Shown: positions 18,932 through 28,208, numbered from the whole stretch's first letter. The stretch: DNA of 62,513 bases, filler included, from 6 parts of 6 records of this genome joined end to end with filler, not necessarily neighbours in it; one strand, 5' to 3'. Notes: generated by a model not told the origin, from the sequence alone. A program made the numbers and translations.

Positions 18932-19447
18932 ATGAATATTAAAAAAACTCTAATCTTATTCTTTACAGCAACATTCTTTGGGTGTCACAATATCGGTGAC
19001 AAAGAAAATTATCTAGATCATTTAAACAATTATTCAATTGAAATCTTAAAGATTAGCCAAACTGCAAAAAATGATTCAAGCTTTCAAATAACAAACAAAA
19101 ATCTTAGTTCTAATATCAAACAAATCATTTCAAATTGGGGAAGTATACATAGAACTATCAATGAAAATAAGCTAAGTAATTCAAAATACAAGCAAAAATT
19201 TTTAAATGATTATCCCGTAGCTAATAGAATACTTGTCAATAATGAGGAGTTAGCTCAAATTTTTGAAGTTTTTTATTTCAAATTACTTAAATCATTTCGA
19301 GATGAACCCAAATTTAATAAAAATTCATTTATTGACTTGTCCGAAGATTATTTAGAAAGCATAAGACAAGGAAAATATATTACTGCAATTCAATATAGTT
19401 CATATTCAAACATTATTCATCAAACAGTTGAAAACAATAATCGTTAA
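18932..19447 (+). CDS. Hypothetical lipoprotein (candidate cognate immunity protein)
   Basis: Lipobox FFGC at residue 18; 12 bp after the DUF4157 gene; very AT-rich. Confidence 0.65.
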   Translation: MNIKKTLILFFTATFFGCHNIGDKENYLDHLNNYSIEILKISQTAKNDSSFQITNKNLSSNIKQIISNWGSIHRTINENKLSNSKYKQKFLNDYPVANRILVNNEELAQIFEVFYFKLLKSFRDEPKFNKNSFIDLSEDYLESIRQGKYITAIQYSSYSNIIHQTVENNNR

Positions 19448-19503
19448 ATATTAAACGATATATATTCCTGTAAAATAAATCATTAAAGTAAGGAGCAGCC
19501 TTA

Positions 19504-19647
19504 ATGCATAATAAACCTCCAAAAGAATTAGCAGAGCATTTATTTAACAAACTAGGAATAAGTCGAAAATATCTATTTGAAAATTGGAATATTCCAATAC
19601 AAACTTTTTATACAGGAGGAAGCACATATGGTTTTGGACGTAGGTAA
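19504..19647 (+). pseudogene. 47-codon ORF, candidate orphan toxin C-terminal remnant
   Basis: MHNKPPKELAEHLFNKLGISRKYLFENWNIPIQTFYTGGSTYGFGRR*; its end overlaps the ATG (19628) of the next lipoprotein. Confidence 0.4.
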
Positions 19648-20248
19648 AAAACTCTCGTTTTTAATCTTTGCATCTTTAACACTCACATTTGCTTGTAGTG
19701 AAGTAAAAGAAAAAAATGAAGAGCATTCTTTCAGATTAATAAATCAATATGTCATTCAAAAAAATGACAATAGTGTCGATCGAATTTATGAAATGCAATA
19801 TCTAAAATACCCTGGTGAAAACAGAAAATCCTCTAGTGAGCATTCCAGAGAAAATGAATTGAATAATAAACTAATTACTGAAAAATATTACTTTCAGGTT
19901 TTAACTTCAAGCAACATCAATGACTCTTTGGTTCAGGAAGTTGCTAAAGAAATCATTATTACAGAATGTAGTTATGATATTGACAAAGAAAGTATTTTAG
20001 GAAAGCTTAATTTCAATTTACCAAGTGCACAAAACATTAAAATTGAATTGAGGCAGTATTCAAAAGAATATATCAAAAGCAAATTTGACAAGGAACGAGA
20101 AAAAGAATTTATAAGTTCATTGTATGATGGACAGTATTTAATCAAGTACTACAACTCTAAAAAGAATATAGATAATTTATTTTTATTTGGAATTGGAAAC
20201 TATCAGAAAGATTCATTAATGCTAAATAATCTTATGCTAAAGAATTAG
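19628..20248 (+). CDS. Hypothetical lipoprotein
   Basis: MVLDVGKKLSFLIFASLTLTFAC lipoprotein signal; GGAGG upstream; AT-rich. Confidence 0.65.
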   Translation: MVLDVGKKLSFLIFASLTLTFACSEVKEKNEEHSFRLINQYVIQKNDNSVDRIYEMQYLKYPGENRKSSSEHSRENELNNKLITEKYYFQVLTSSNINDSLVQEVAKEIIITECSYDIDKESILGKLNFNLPSAQNIKIELRQYSKEYIKSKFDKEREKEFISSLYDGQYLIKYYNSKKNIDNLFLFGIGNYQKDSLMLNNLMLKN

Positions 20249-20344
20249 TATTTGAATAATCATTGTATCAAGCAAAGCAATGGATCCATAAATCAACACA
20301 TTAATAAATGGGATGAAACTCCCAATACCAAAAATACTAATCTA

Positions 20345-21292
20345 ATGACAAAGTATATTTCTATTACAGTTTTAGTTTTGATCTTCTTTTCTTGTCAAAA
20401 AGATAATGCTGTTCAAACAATTCCAATTTCTAAATTTCCTGGAAGAATTGATGCTGCAAAAATATTTAACACTAAAACAAAAAAATTGCTTGCTTATGCA
20501 ACTAATGATTCTATCATCTTAAAAGAATTAAGAAATAATGTCCTCTATGATGTAAAAAGAGTAAATCAAAAATGCAAAACTCCAAACTGCCTAAACAATA
20601 TTTTGATCGAAAATTCTGAGAATATATCTTTTTTATCCGACAAGATAATCTTAAAGGAGAAATCTAAAATTGATTTACTTTTACCCATTCAATATTCAGA
20701 TTCTATTTACTTTGGGTTGAAAAGAGACTGTGAAACAAAATCAATATTATGCGCAGTAGATAAATCTGGTTCTGTACTTTGGAGCACAAAAATGAACTCT
20801 GATGACTTACAATTTATTGATAATTCTAACTATTATCTACATAAAAACCTCCTCGCAATAAAGAACTTAAAAAAACAGATCCTTTTATTTAACGCATTAA
20901 CAGGAAATTATATTCGGAAATTTGATTTTCAAGGTGATTTTTTTGACTTTGTGTATAAAAACCATTTTGTATTTAAAGACAAAGGAAAATTATTATTTTA
21001 TTCAATAAATGACAAAAAAAGTATTATACCCATTTCAATAGCTGAATCAAATTTCACGTCAATACACGAATACAATAATCATTTATATGTTCTTTCAACT
21101 ATGAATAAATTATATCAGATTGATCAAAATCTGGAAACTATAAATGAGATGGATTTAAACGAAAAGATTGATAATAAACTTATTGTTTTTGATTTTATGA
21201 TTGAAAATAACCACATTTTTATATTAGGTCATATATCTGGAAAAACACCATTCGCTATTTTTAAATTTGAGATTACAAATCCGAAAAAGTAA
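20345..21292 (+). CDS. Hypothetical lipoprotein, PQQ-like beta-propeller
   Basis: MTKYISITVLVLIFFSC lipobox; LCAVDKSGSVLWS and LFNALTGNYI blade motifs. Confidence 0.65.
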   Translation: MTKYISITVLVLIFFSCQKDNAVQTIPISKFPGRIDAAKIFNTKTKKLLAYATNDSIILKELRNNVLYDVKRVNQKCKTPNCLNNILIENSENISFLSDKIILKEKSKIDLLLPIQYSDSIYFGLKRDCETKSILCAVDKSGSVLWSTKMNSDDLQFIDNSNYYLHKNLLAIKNLKKQILLFNALTGNYIRKFDFQGDFFDFVYKNHFVFKDKGKLLFYSINDKKSIIPISIAESNFTSIHEYNNHLYVLSTMNKLYQIDQNLETINEMDLNEKIDNKLIVFDFMIENNHIFILGHISGKTPFAIFKFEITNPKK

Positions 21293-21414
21293 ATTAGCGT
21301 AAATGTTTATATTGATTTTAAGCAATGCCACACAAAAGATTGACTTTGTCGAACTGCGTTTCGAGAGACAACAAAAGGATTATAAGTAAAATACGGTATT
21401 TTAAATGAAAATAC

Positions 21415-21422
21415 TATTTTTG
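21415..21422 (+). promoter_or_regulatory. Bacteroidota -7 promoter element
   Basis: TATTTTTG 24 bp before ATG 21446. Confidence 0.45.
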
Positions 21423-21445
21423 CTTACAATCAAAATATTACAACT

Positions 21446-22207
21446 ATGAAATTCCAAATTGTTCTTATTACAGCTATCCTGCTAAATATCAATACAATAA
21501 AAGCAGAAAACAACGACCACTCAACAAACAAAAATAAGACGACATTATTCCAATTGTATAAATCAGAAAAAAGCTTTAGCCTGAAAAAAATTCGCTTACC
21601 TGAAGTAAAAGAATATGTTACATACACTGCTACAATTGTATTCTTAGGCTTTAATCCAACAGGTGAAGCTAGTAATACATTTAATCCCAACAGGGTTCTT
21701 GGTAAGGCAGAGTTTGGCTTTGATGCTAAACGATTTTACCTCGGATTTTCAGGATCATTTGGAGATGTAGCTCTTAGAAATAAAACGACGGTAATAATTG
21801 ATGAGACTGAAGTGGAATTTACAAGAAGCAACCACTTTAGATATGATGATGCCTACCTTACAATAGGATATGCTGCCTTATTTTTAGATCAATTCAGAAT
21901 ACACCCTTACATGAATTTTGGTATTGCCAGTTTGGAAACTGCTGAATACGAAACAGAAAATGGAACATCAACTCAAGAAATATACAGTGGATTTTCAGCT
22001 GGTGCTGGCGTAAGAATTAAATACCTTTTTATGGAAGAAATAGTCAAGCAAAGAACTATATATTATATACCCACAATCTTCGGTGTTGTAATAGACGCCG
22101 GATACAACTTTTTACCATCAACAACAATTGATGAATTCAAAGGTAATATGTTCTATTTCGGCTTTGGTATAAACTTCGGGTTCACGGGAAAAAAAAGACT
22201 TAGATAG
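21446..22207 (+). CDS. Outer-membrane beta-barrel (porin/OmpA-like) protein
   Basis: Signal peptide, alternating aromatic strands, C-terminal FYFGFGINFGF. Confidence 0.65.
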   Translation: MKFQIVLITAILLNINTIKAENNDHSTNKNKTTLFQLYKSEKSFSLKKIRLPEVKEYVTYTATIVFLGFNPTGEASNTFNPNRVLGKAEFGFDAKRFYLGFSGSFGDVALRNKTTVIIDETEVEFTRSNHFRYDDAYLTIGYAALFLDQFRIHPYMNFGIASLETAEYETENGTSTQEIYSGFSAGAGVRIKYLFMEEIVKQRTIYYIPTIFGVVIDAGYNFLPSTTIDEFKGNMFYFGFGINFGFTGKKRLR

Positions 22208-22297
22208 TTATACTTAATTTCAAATCTCTTAACATTCGATTTTCAATTTTAAATTATCAAAAGACATTTTTTCGTATTTTACACAAAATTTAACACC

Positions 22298-23077
22298 ATG
22301 AAAGTAAAATACGTCGCTATTGTTTTTATCGCCGGTCTTATGGGCTTTTCATGCAATTATGAAATTCCTGAAACACCATCTGTTTCAAAAGCCCTTGAAC
22401 TAGCCAAAGAAAATCTTGAAAACGAAGAAAACATCTCCATTTTCGATGCTACAAAGCTAGCTAACATGGATACAGTTGTGTTTTTCGAAGGTAAATTCAG
22501 CCCCGACCAACAAAAGGAGATCATTGCCATGTGTTTTGCCAAAGAAGGATTTTTACCCTGCAACTCAATAAATAACTCCCCTCCGCCTTTTGAAACAGCC
22601 CACTACTTATTAATGAAACTCGTTCCCAAAAGAGGCCAATGGGTAGCCGACTGGATTGCCCAGGAGAACAAAATAACAACCGAAAGCCTAAAAGATATTG
22701 ACAATGATGGATTGTCAGAGTTGATTTTTGAAGGAGAGTACCTTTGCAAAGGAGGTATGACCCTGGGTTATTACTACATTATCACGTTTAAACTGAATGA
22801 CCCAGCCATTATTTACCAGAAAATTTCAGAAAATCAATTAACCACCTGGCCCAATCCTAATATCTCATTTTATGAAGGGGCAGTGCTGATTGATGAAATG
22901 AAAGTTAAGCTGGAAGATGTTGATGGTGACAATATCATGGAAATACTGGAGAACCGAAAAGTAATGGAATACCATGGTGGAAAATCACTTGAGGAAATTA
23001 AAGATTCTGCCACACATCATGAAATAATTGACACTGTTTTTCTTACAGAATTAGAATTTGAAGAAGAGTTTGATTGA
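22298..23077 (+). CDS. Hypothetical lipoprotein with DxDxDG calcium-binding (FG-GAP-like) motifs
   Basis: GFSC lipobox; DIDNDGLSEL and DVDGDNIMEI. Confidence 0.65.
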   Translation: MKVKYVAIVFIAGLMGFSCNYEIPETPSVSKALELAKENLENEENISIFDATKLANMDTVVFFEGKFSPDQQKEIIAMCFAKEGFLPCNSINNSPPPFETAHYLLMKLVPKRGQWVADWIAQENKITTESLKDIDNDGLSELIFEGEYLCKGGMTLGYYYIITFKLNDPAIIYQKISENQLTTWPNPNISFYEGAVLIDEMKVKLEDVDGDNIMEILENRKVMEYHGGKSLEEIKDSATHHEIIDTVFLTELEFEEEFD

Positions 23078-23085
23078 TTATACTT

Positions 23086-23176
23086 TGATTAGTCGGGACC
23101 CGACTTTATCAATTAAAAATTAATCCTAATATTTTCTATGTAAAGGAAAATTATATAGTCAGATTCCGACTAATCA
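23086..23176. repeat. Inverted pair of REP-like hairpins
   Basis: TGATTAGTCGG (23086) / CCGACTAATCA (23166); internal hairpin AGTCGGG-A-CCCGACT. Confidence 0.6.
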
Positions 23177-23314
23177 GGCAACAAATAAGGCTATTCATTG
23201 TATTTATAAAAAATGATACAACCTGATAAACAATATTATTTAATAATTCCTTTTTTTTGAGTAGGTTTGGGGGCTGAAATGGTTGTTAATGTGAAACTAA
23301 AAAACGGTCTGATA

Positions 23315-24169
23315 ATGAAGTGGGTTTGGATATCGATATTTATTCTTTTTACAAATAGCATTTTTGGGCAATCGCTCAGTATGAATATCATGGCACCGGA
23401 AAAAGTATATTCGGGTACTGATTTTATAGTGAATGTAAATATCAACAAAGGGCAAGTACAAGGATTTGGACGATTGCTGGTTAAGATACCCAGCGGCTTT
23501 ACACCTTTCGAGAAAGTATCAGAAAACGGTAAATTTGAATTTGATGGTGAGCAAATCAAGATTATTTGGCTGAAACTACCGAAAGGAAATGGTTTTACGG
23601 TTTCTTTTGGAGTTAAAGCAGCACCCAACATGGAAGGCTATCAGGTATTCAGAGGTGAAATGTCTATTGGAACAACCGAAGGTAGCTATAGAGCTGAAGC
23701 CCGACCACATATTGTAACCGTAGAAAAAACAGATAATATTGCCACCGGCGATGAGGTGAAAATTGAATATAGCTACATTAAAGAACAAGGCGTTACAGCC
23801 ATCAGGCAAAAGCCTTACCTGGATGATGACAACAATGCCATTGTGAATATATTAGTAAGTAAGGGAGAATTATCCAGTTTTGGGAAAATTGAAGAAACCA
23901 TTCCGCCCGGTTACATGGCTGAAAGCATAGTAAGTAACAGTGCGATTTTTGTTTTCAATAAATCAAACCGGAAGGTAAAATATCTGTGGATGAATATGCC
24001 TGCAATGAATCAATTTGTCATAAGTTACAAGCTTGTACCTGAAGAAGGAAGACTAGAAAATATTCCATTCATTATAACCGGTGAGTTTATGTATGCAGAA
24101 GGGTCAACATCCAAAACAAAGGAAATCCTGGAACGAAACATAGAACTCTCTAAATTACTTGCTGAATAA
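23315..24169 (+). CDS. Secreted hypothetical protein with two related Ig/cohesin-like domains
   Basis: Signal peptide MKWVWISIF...; duplicated FGR/FGK...IP.G....IKIIWLKLP / VKYLWMNMP. Confidence 0.6.
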   Translation: MKWVWISIFILFTNSIFGQSLSMNIMAPEKVYSGTDFIVNVNINKGQVQGFGRLLVKIPSGFTPFEKVSENGKFEFDGEQIKIIWLKLPKGNGFTVSFGVKAAPNMEGYQVFRGEMSIGTTEGSYRAEARPHIVTVEKTDNIATGDEVKIEYSYIKEQGVTAIRQKPYLDDDNNAIVNILVSKGELSSFGKIEETIPPGYMAESIVSNSAIFVFNKSNRKVKYLWMNMPAMNQFVISYKLVPEEGRLENIPFIITGEFMYAEGSTSKTKEILERNIELSKLLAE

Positions 24170-24193
24170 ATAGCTTATAACCAACTAAATCAA

Positions 24194-24201
24194 TATCTTT
24201 G
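24194..24201 (+). promoter_or_regulatory. Bacteroidota -7 promoter element of era-der-marC
   Basis: TATCTTTG, ~345 nt upstream of era. Confidence 0.55.
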
Positions 24202-24265
24202 CGGGCTCATTACAGCGACTCTATGAATTGATAATCCATGGGTTGAGGTGTGGTGAATCAAAATG

Positions 24266-24516
24266 CAGAAGACAGAGGACACCCTTCGACTTCGCTCAGG
24301 GACCTCATAGTATAATTATAAGGTCAGAAGACAGAAGACAGAGAGAACGAAGGGACTTAAGAGACTGAGAGAACGAAGAGACTTGGAGACGAAAAGAACG
24401 TAGAGACTTGAAGGACTAAGTGCTTAAGAGAAAGATGACAGAGTGCATATTATTTTATCGAAAATTCTGTATTCTGAATTCTATATTCTATATTCTGGGT
24501 TCTAAAAAAAAAACAG
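24266..24516. repeat. Composite repeat module upstream of era
   Basis: CAGAAGA 7-mers; CCCTTCGACTTCGCTCAGGG hairpin (24282-24301); 8-9-bp AAGAGA(A)C(T/G) array; 60-bp core; ATTCT 7-mers. Confidence 0.8.
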
Positions 24517-24545
24517 GGATTAACCCTTAATATAACTTTTACACT

Positions 24546-25427
24546 ATGGCGCATAAAGCAGGCTTTGTAAATATTCTTGGTAACCCTAACGTGGGTAAAT
24601 CAACCTTGATGAATAAACTGGTAGGTGAAAAACTATCCATCATCACCAATAAATCGCAAACTACCCGCCACCGTATTATGGGTATTGTGAATGGTGAAGA
24701 TTTTCAGATTGTGTATTCAGACACACCGGGTATCATCAAGCCCAATTATAAGCTGCAAAAATCTATGATGCATTTCGTAGATACTGCCATTGAAGATGCT
24801 GATGTTATTTTATATGTAACAGACGTGGTGGAAGATCCTGATAAAAACAAGATGTATATTGAACGCATCAAAAAGGAGCAAAAACCGGTTTTGGTATTGA
24901 TCAACAAAATTGACCAGACCAGTCAAATGGCGCTGGAAGGATTAGTAGAAAAGTGGGCCGAATATTTACCTGAAGCATCAATTCTGCCTTTGGCAGCCAA
25001 GCATAAATTAAATGTGGATAAGGTTTTTGATTACATCATGCATCATTTACCTGAGAGCGAACCTTATTTCCCTAAAGATGAGCTGACTGATCGCTCGTAC
25101 CGCTTTTTCACCTCCGAAATGATCAGAGAAAAAATACTACTCTATTACCAAAAAGAGATCCCTTACTCAGTGGAGGTTGAGGTATACAGTTTTAAAGAAG
25201 ATGAACGAATCACACATATTGAAGCTAATATTTATGTGGCACGTGAATCACAAAAAGGTATTTTAATTGGCCATAAAGGTGAGAAACTTAAGAAAGTAGG
25301 TACTGAGGCACGTAAGGATATTGAAGAATTTTTAGGCAAAAAAGTATTTTTGGAACTATTTGTGAAGGTAGACCAGGAATGGCGCGATAACGACAGAAAA
25401 TTGCGCAAATTTGGATATATTGAGTAA
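24546..25427 (+). CDS. era: GTPase Era
   Basis: GNPNVGKS, QTTR, DTPG, NKID, KEIPYS and KH domain SQKGILIG. Confidence 0.99.
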   Translation: MAHKAGFVNILGNPNVGKSTLMNKLVGEKLSIITNKSQTTRHRIMGIVNGEDFQIVYSDTPGIIKPNYKLQKSMMHFVDTAIEDADVILYVTDVVEDPDKNKMYIERIKKEQKPVLVLINKIDQTSQMALEGLVEKWAEYLPEASILPLAAKHKLNVDKVFDYIMHHLPESEPYFPKDELTDRSYRFFTSEMIREKILLYYQKEIPYSVEVEVYSFKEDERITHIEANIYVARESQKGILIGHKGEKLKKVGTEARKDIEEFLGKKVFLELFVKVDQEWRDNDRKLRKFGYIE

Positions 25428-25461
25428 ACGAAATGGGTGAAAACCTGCGAATGAAACCAAT

Positions 25462-25669
25462 AACGAAGTGAACTAAGAGACTTAAGAGACGAAGAGACTT
25501 GGAGAACGAAGAGAACGAAGTGAACTAAGAGAACTAAGTGAACTAAGGGAACTAAGAGAACTAAGAGACTTAAGAGACTAAGAGACTTAAGGGACTTGGA
25601 GACTTAAGAGAAAGAGGACAGAGTGCATATTATTTTACCGAAAATTCTGAATTCTAAATTCTGGATTCT
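25462..25669. repeat. Second composite repeat module, between era and der
   Basis: Long 8-9-bp AAG(A/T)GAACT/AAGAGACTT array followed by the same 60-bp core (56/60 identical to 24423-24482). Confidence 0.85.
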
Positions 25670-25761
25670 CTAGTCACAGCATAATTGGGTTTGTAGAAGC
25701 AAAAGTTATTGAGAATCAAATGCAGGGATGTAACCTTTAAAAGATATAAAAAAACAGAAAG

Positions 25762-27066
25762 ATGGGTGTTGTAGCAATAGTTGGAAGACCAAATGTAGGT
25801 AAATCTACATTATTTAACAGATTAACAGAATCGCGTGCTGCTATTGTAGACGGCGAAGAAGGTGTAACACGTGACCGCCATTATGGTGTTTCAGAGTGGA
25901 ACGGAAAAGAATTTACCGTAATTGATACCGGTGGTTATGTAACCAACTCGGATGATGTATTTGAGGAAGAAATCCGCAAACAAGCTACCATTGCCATTGA
26001 TGAAGCAGATGTGGTGCTTTTTCTTGTGGATGTTAAAAATGGCATTACTGATTTAGACCAATCCGTAGCCAGAATATTGCGCTCCATTGAAAAGCCTGTG
26101 CTGTTGGTAGTGAACAAAGTGGACACGAACGATCTGCAACTGGATGCCACGGAATTTTATGCACTAGGGTACGATACACTCTACAACATTTCATCCAATA
26201 GCGGAAGTGGTACTGGAGATTTGCTTGATGAAGTGGTAAAATTACTTCCTGAAGATGCAGAAACCGATAAACTGGACGACTTACCACGCTTTGCCGTAAT
26301 TGGCAGACCTAACGCCGGAAAATCGTCATTGGTAAATGCGCTACTTGACGAAGAACGCAATATTGTAACCGATATTTCAGGAACAACCCGCGATGCCATT
26401 TATACCCGTTACAATAAATTCGGACACGATTTTTACCTGGTAGATACTGCCGGATTGCGTAAAAAAGCGAAAGTTAAAGAAGACCTGGAGTTTTACTCCG
26501 TGATGCGCGCCGTGCGCGTGATTGAATACGCCGATGTGTGTATTGTAATGATTGATGCCACCATTGGCATTGAAAGTCAGGATGTGAGTATCCTGAACCT
26601 GGCTGTGCGCAATAATAAAGGTGTGGTAGTGCTCATTAACAAGTGGGATTTGATCGAAAAAACTACCCAAACAGCCAAAGAGATGGAAACGGAAATCAAA
26701 CGTCGTCTTCAACCTTTTGATGATGTACCAATACTTTTCGTCTCAGCATTAACAAAACAACGCATTTTCAAAGCACTGGAAATAGCCCAGGAAGTATACC
26801 AAAACCGTACTCAGAAGATTAAAACTTCAGAGTTGAATGAGTACATACTCCCATTGATTGAGCGCACTCCTCCTCCATCCATAAAAGGAAAGTACATTAA
26901 AATCAAATACGTGCAGCAATTGCCTACGCATTATCCTTCTTTCGCGTTTTATTGCAATTTGCCACAATATGTGAAAGAAGCTTATCGCAGATTTTTAACC
27001 AACAAGTTACGTGAAAAGTACAATTTCACGGGCGTACCCATCAAAATTTTCATTCGTAAAAAGTAA
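25762..27066 (+). CDS. der: Ribosome biogenesis GTPase Der (EngA)
   Basis: Two G domains ([38 protein letters not shown]) and C-terminal KH-like domain. Confidence 0.99.
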   Translation: MGVVAIVGRPNVGKSTLFNRLTESRAAIVDGEEGVTRDRHYGVSEWNGKEFTVIDTGGYVTNSDDVFEEEIRKQATIAIDEADVVLFLVDVKNGITDLDQSVARILRSIEKPVLLVVNKVDTNDLQLDATEFYALGYDTLYNISSNSGSGTGDLLDEVVKLLPEDAETDKLDDLPRFAVIGRPNAGKSSLVNALLDEERNIVTDISGTTRDAIYTRYNKFGHDFYLVDTAGLRKKAKVKEDLEFYSVMRAVRVIEYADVCIVMIDATIGIESQDVSILNLAVRNNKGVVVLINKWDLIEKTTQTAKEMETEIKRRLQPFDDVPILFVSALTKQRIFKALEIAQEVYQNRTQKIKTSELNEYILPLIERTPPPSIKGKYIKIKYVQQLPTHYPSFAFYCNLPQYVKEAYRRFLTNKLREKYNFTGVPIKIFIRKK

Positions 27067-27071
27067 CTATC

Positions 27072-27713
27072 ATGAGTGCATATGAATTTGCATTAATTGT
27101 GTTCACCTCGTTTTTCACGCTGATAAATCCATTAGCACTGATGCCGGTATTTATGAGTATGACCGCCGGCATGACGCACAAGCAAAGACACATGACAGCA
27201 CTCAAAGCCTCAATAATCTCATTGGGCATGTTGCTGGTTTTTGCCTTTGGAGGGCAGGCCATTTTCAACTTTTTCTCCATTTCCATTGACAGTCTGCGTA
27301 TTGTGGGTGGTGTTATTTTCTTTTTGGTAGGCTGGGATATGCTACAGGCACGTTTTAGCCGAACCCGCAGTAGTGGCGAAACCAATGAAGATTTCTCCAA
27401 TGACATTGCCATTACACCGCTTGCTATTCCTATGATTGCAGGGCCGGGCGCCATTACCAACGGTATTGTGCTTATGGAAGATGCCCACACTTTTGGTTAC
27501 AAAATGATTTTAATAGCCGGACTAGCCGTTGTAATGGTCATTACCTATATTGTATTATTCTCCTCCTCGCGACTCATCCGCTGGATGGGCGACATGGGCA
27601 TTAAAGTGATGATGCGCCTCATGGGCCTCATCGTGATGGTAATTGCCGTAGAGTTCTTCTTTGCTGGCTTGAAACCCATTGTGATCTCTATTCTGGAGTC
27701 GGTGGGGAAATAA
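27072..27713 (+). CDS. marC: MarC family integral membrane protein
   Basis: LINPL, IAITPLAIPMIAGPGAI and RLMGLIV motifs. Confidence 0.93.
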   Translation: MSAYEFALIVFTSFFTLINPLALMPVFMSMTAGMTHKQRHMTALKASIISLGMLLVFAFGGQAIFNFFSISIDSLRIVGGVIFFLVGWDMLQARFSRTRSSGETNEDFSNDIAITPLAIPMIAGPGAITNGIVLMEDAHTFGYKMILIAGLAVVMVITYIVLFSSSRLIRWMGDMGIKVMMRLMGLIVMVIAVEFFFAGLKPIVISILESVGK

Positions 27714-27825
27714 AGGCTACTTATTCAGAATAATTTAATTGTGCAGCGTTTAATGATTGCAGCTGAATCCATTTTATGCGATGACCAGCACTGAATAATG
27801 ATAACGAAAACTCTTAAAAACATTT

Positions 27826-27914
27826 AACCACAAGGTTCACCAAGAAGCCACAAAGATCACAAAGCGGAGCGGCTTCTTTGTGGACTTTGTGCATCCTTTG
27901 TGTGCTTAGTGACT
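27826..27914. repeat. Inverted array: four CACAAAG-like units facing four CTTTGTG-like units
   Basis: Left arm 27826-27864, 11-nt loop, right arm 27876-27914. Confidence 0.8.
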
Positions 27915-27959
27915 ATGTTTTTATAATGTAAGCAAGGTCAAATGGCTCTTTAACTGGTA

Positions 27960-28049
27960 GGCCTCATCGTAATGGTAATTGCAGTTGAGTTTTTCTTTGC
28001 CGGACTGAAACCCATTGTGATTTCAATATTGGAGGCGGTGGGGAAATAG
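27960..28049 (+). pseudogene. Duplicated 3' end of marC (30 codons including stop)
   Basis: 77/90 nt identical to 27624-27713; 12 of 13 differences are synonymous. Confidence 0.9.
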
Positions 28050-28083
28050 AGGGTGATTATTCAATATAATTTTGTCTTGAGCG

Positions 28084-28108
28084 TGGCACTGATTACAAAT
28101 CAGCGCCA
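28084..28108. repeat. REP-like hairpin
   Basis: TGGCACTGATT-ACA-AATCAGCGCCA. Confidence 0.6.
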
Positions 28109-28120
28109 TCAGGCCACCAA

Positions 28121-28158
28121 AGCGGGGTAACTACTTTAAATTAAGCAATTACCCCGCT
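28121..28158. terminator. Hairpin between convergent marC and peroxiredoxin genes
   Basis: AGCGGGGTAA...TTACCCCGCT perfect 10-bp stem. Confidence 0.6.
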
Positions 28159-28208
28159 ACTACTTATAAAAAATGTTCGCGATAGTGTTTGATATCCACT
28201 GTCTCCGA

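Noticed and set aside
24300-25669. CRISPR array in the era/der spacers
   Set aside because: Units are 7-9 bp and contiguous, with no unique spacers and no cas genes
27624-28049. DGR template/variable repeat pair at marC
   Set aside because: Differences are not adenine-specific but synonymous; no reverse transcriptase in the window
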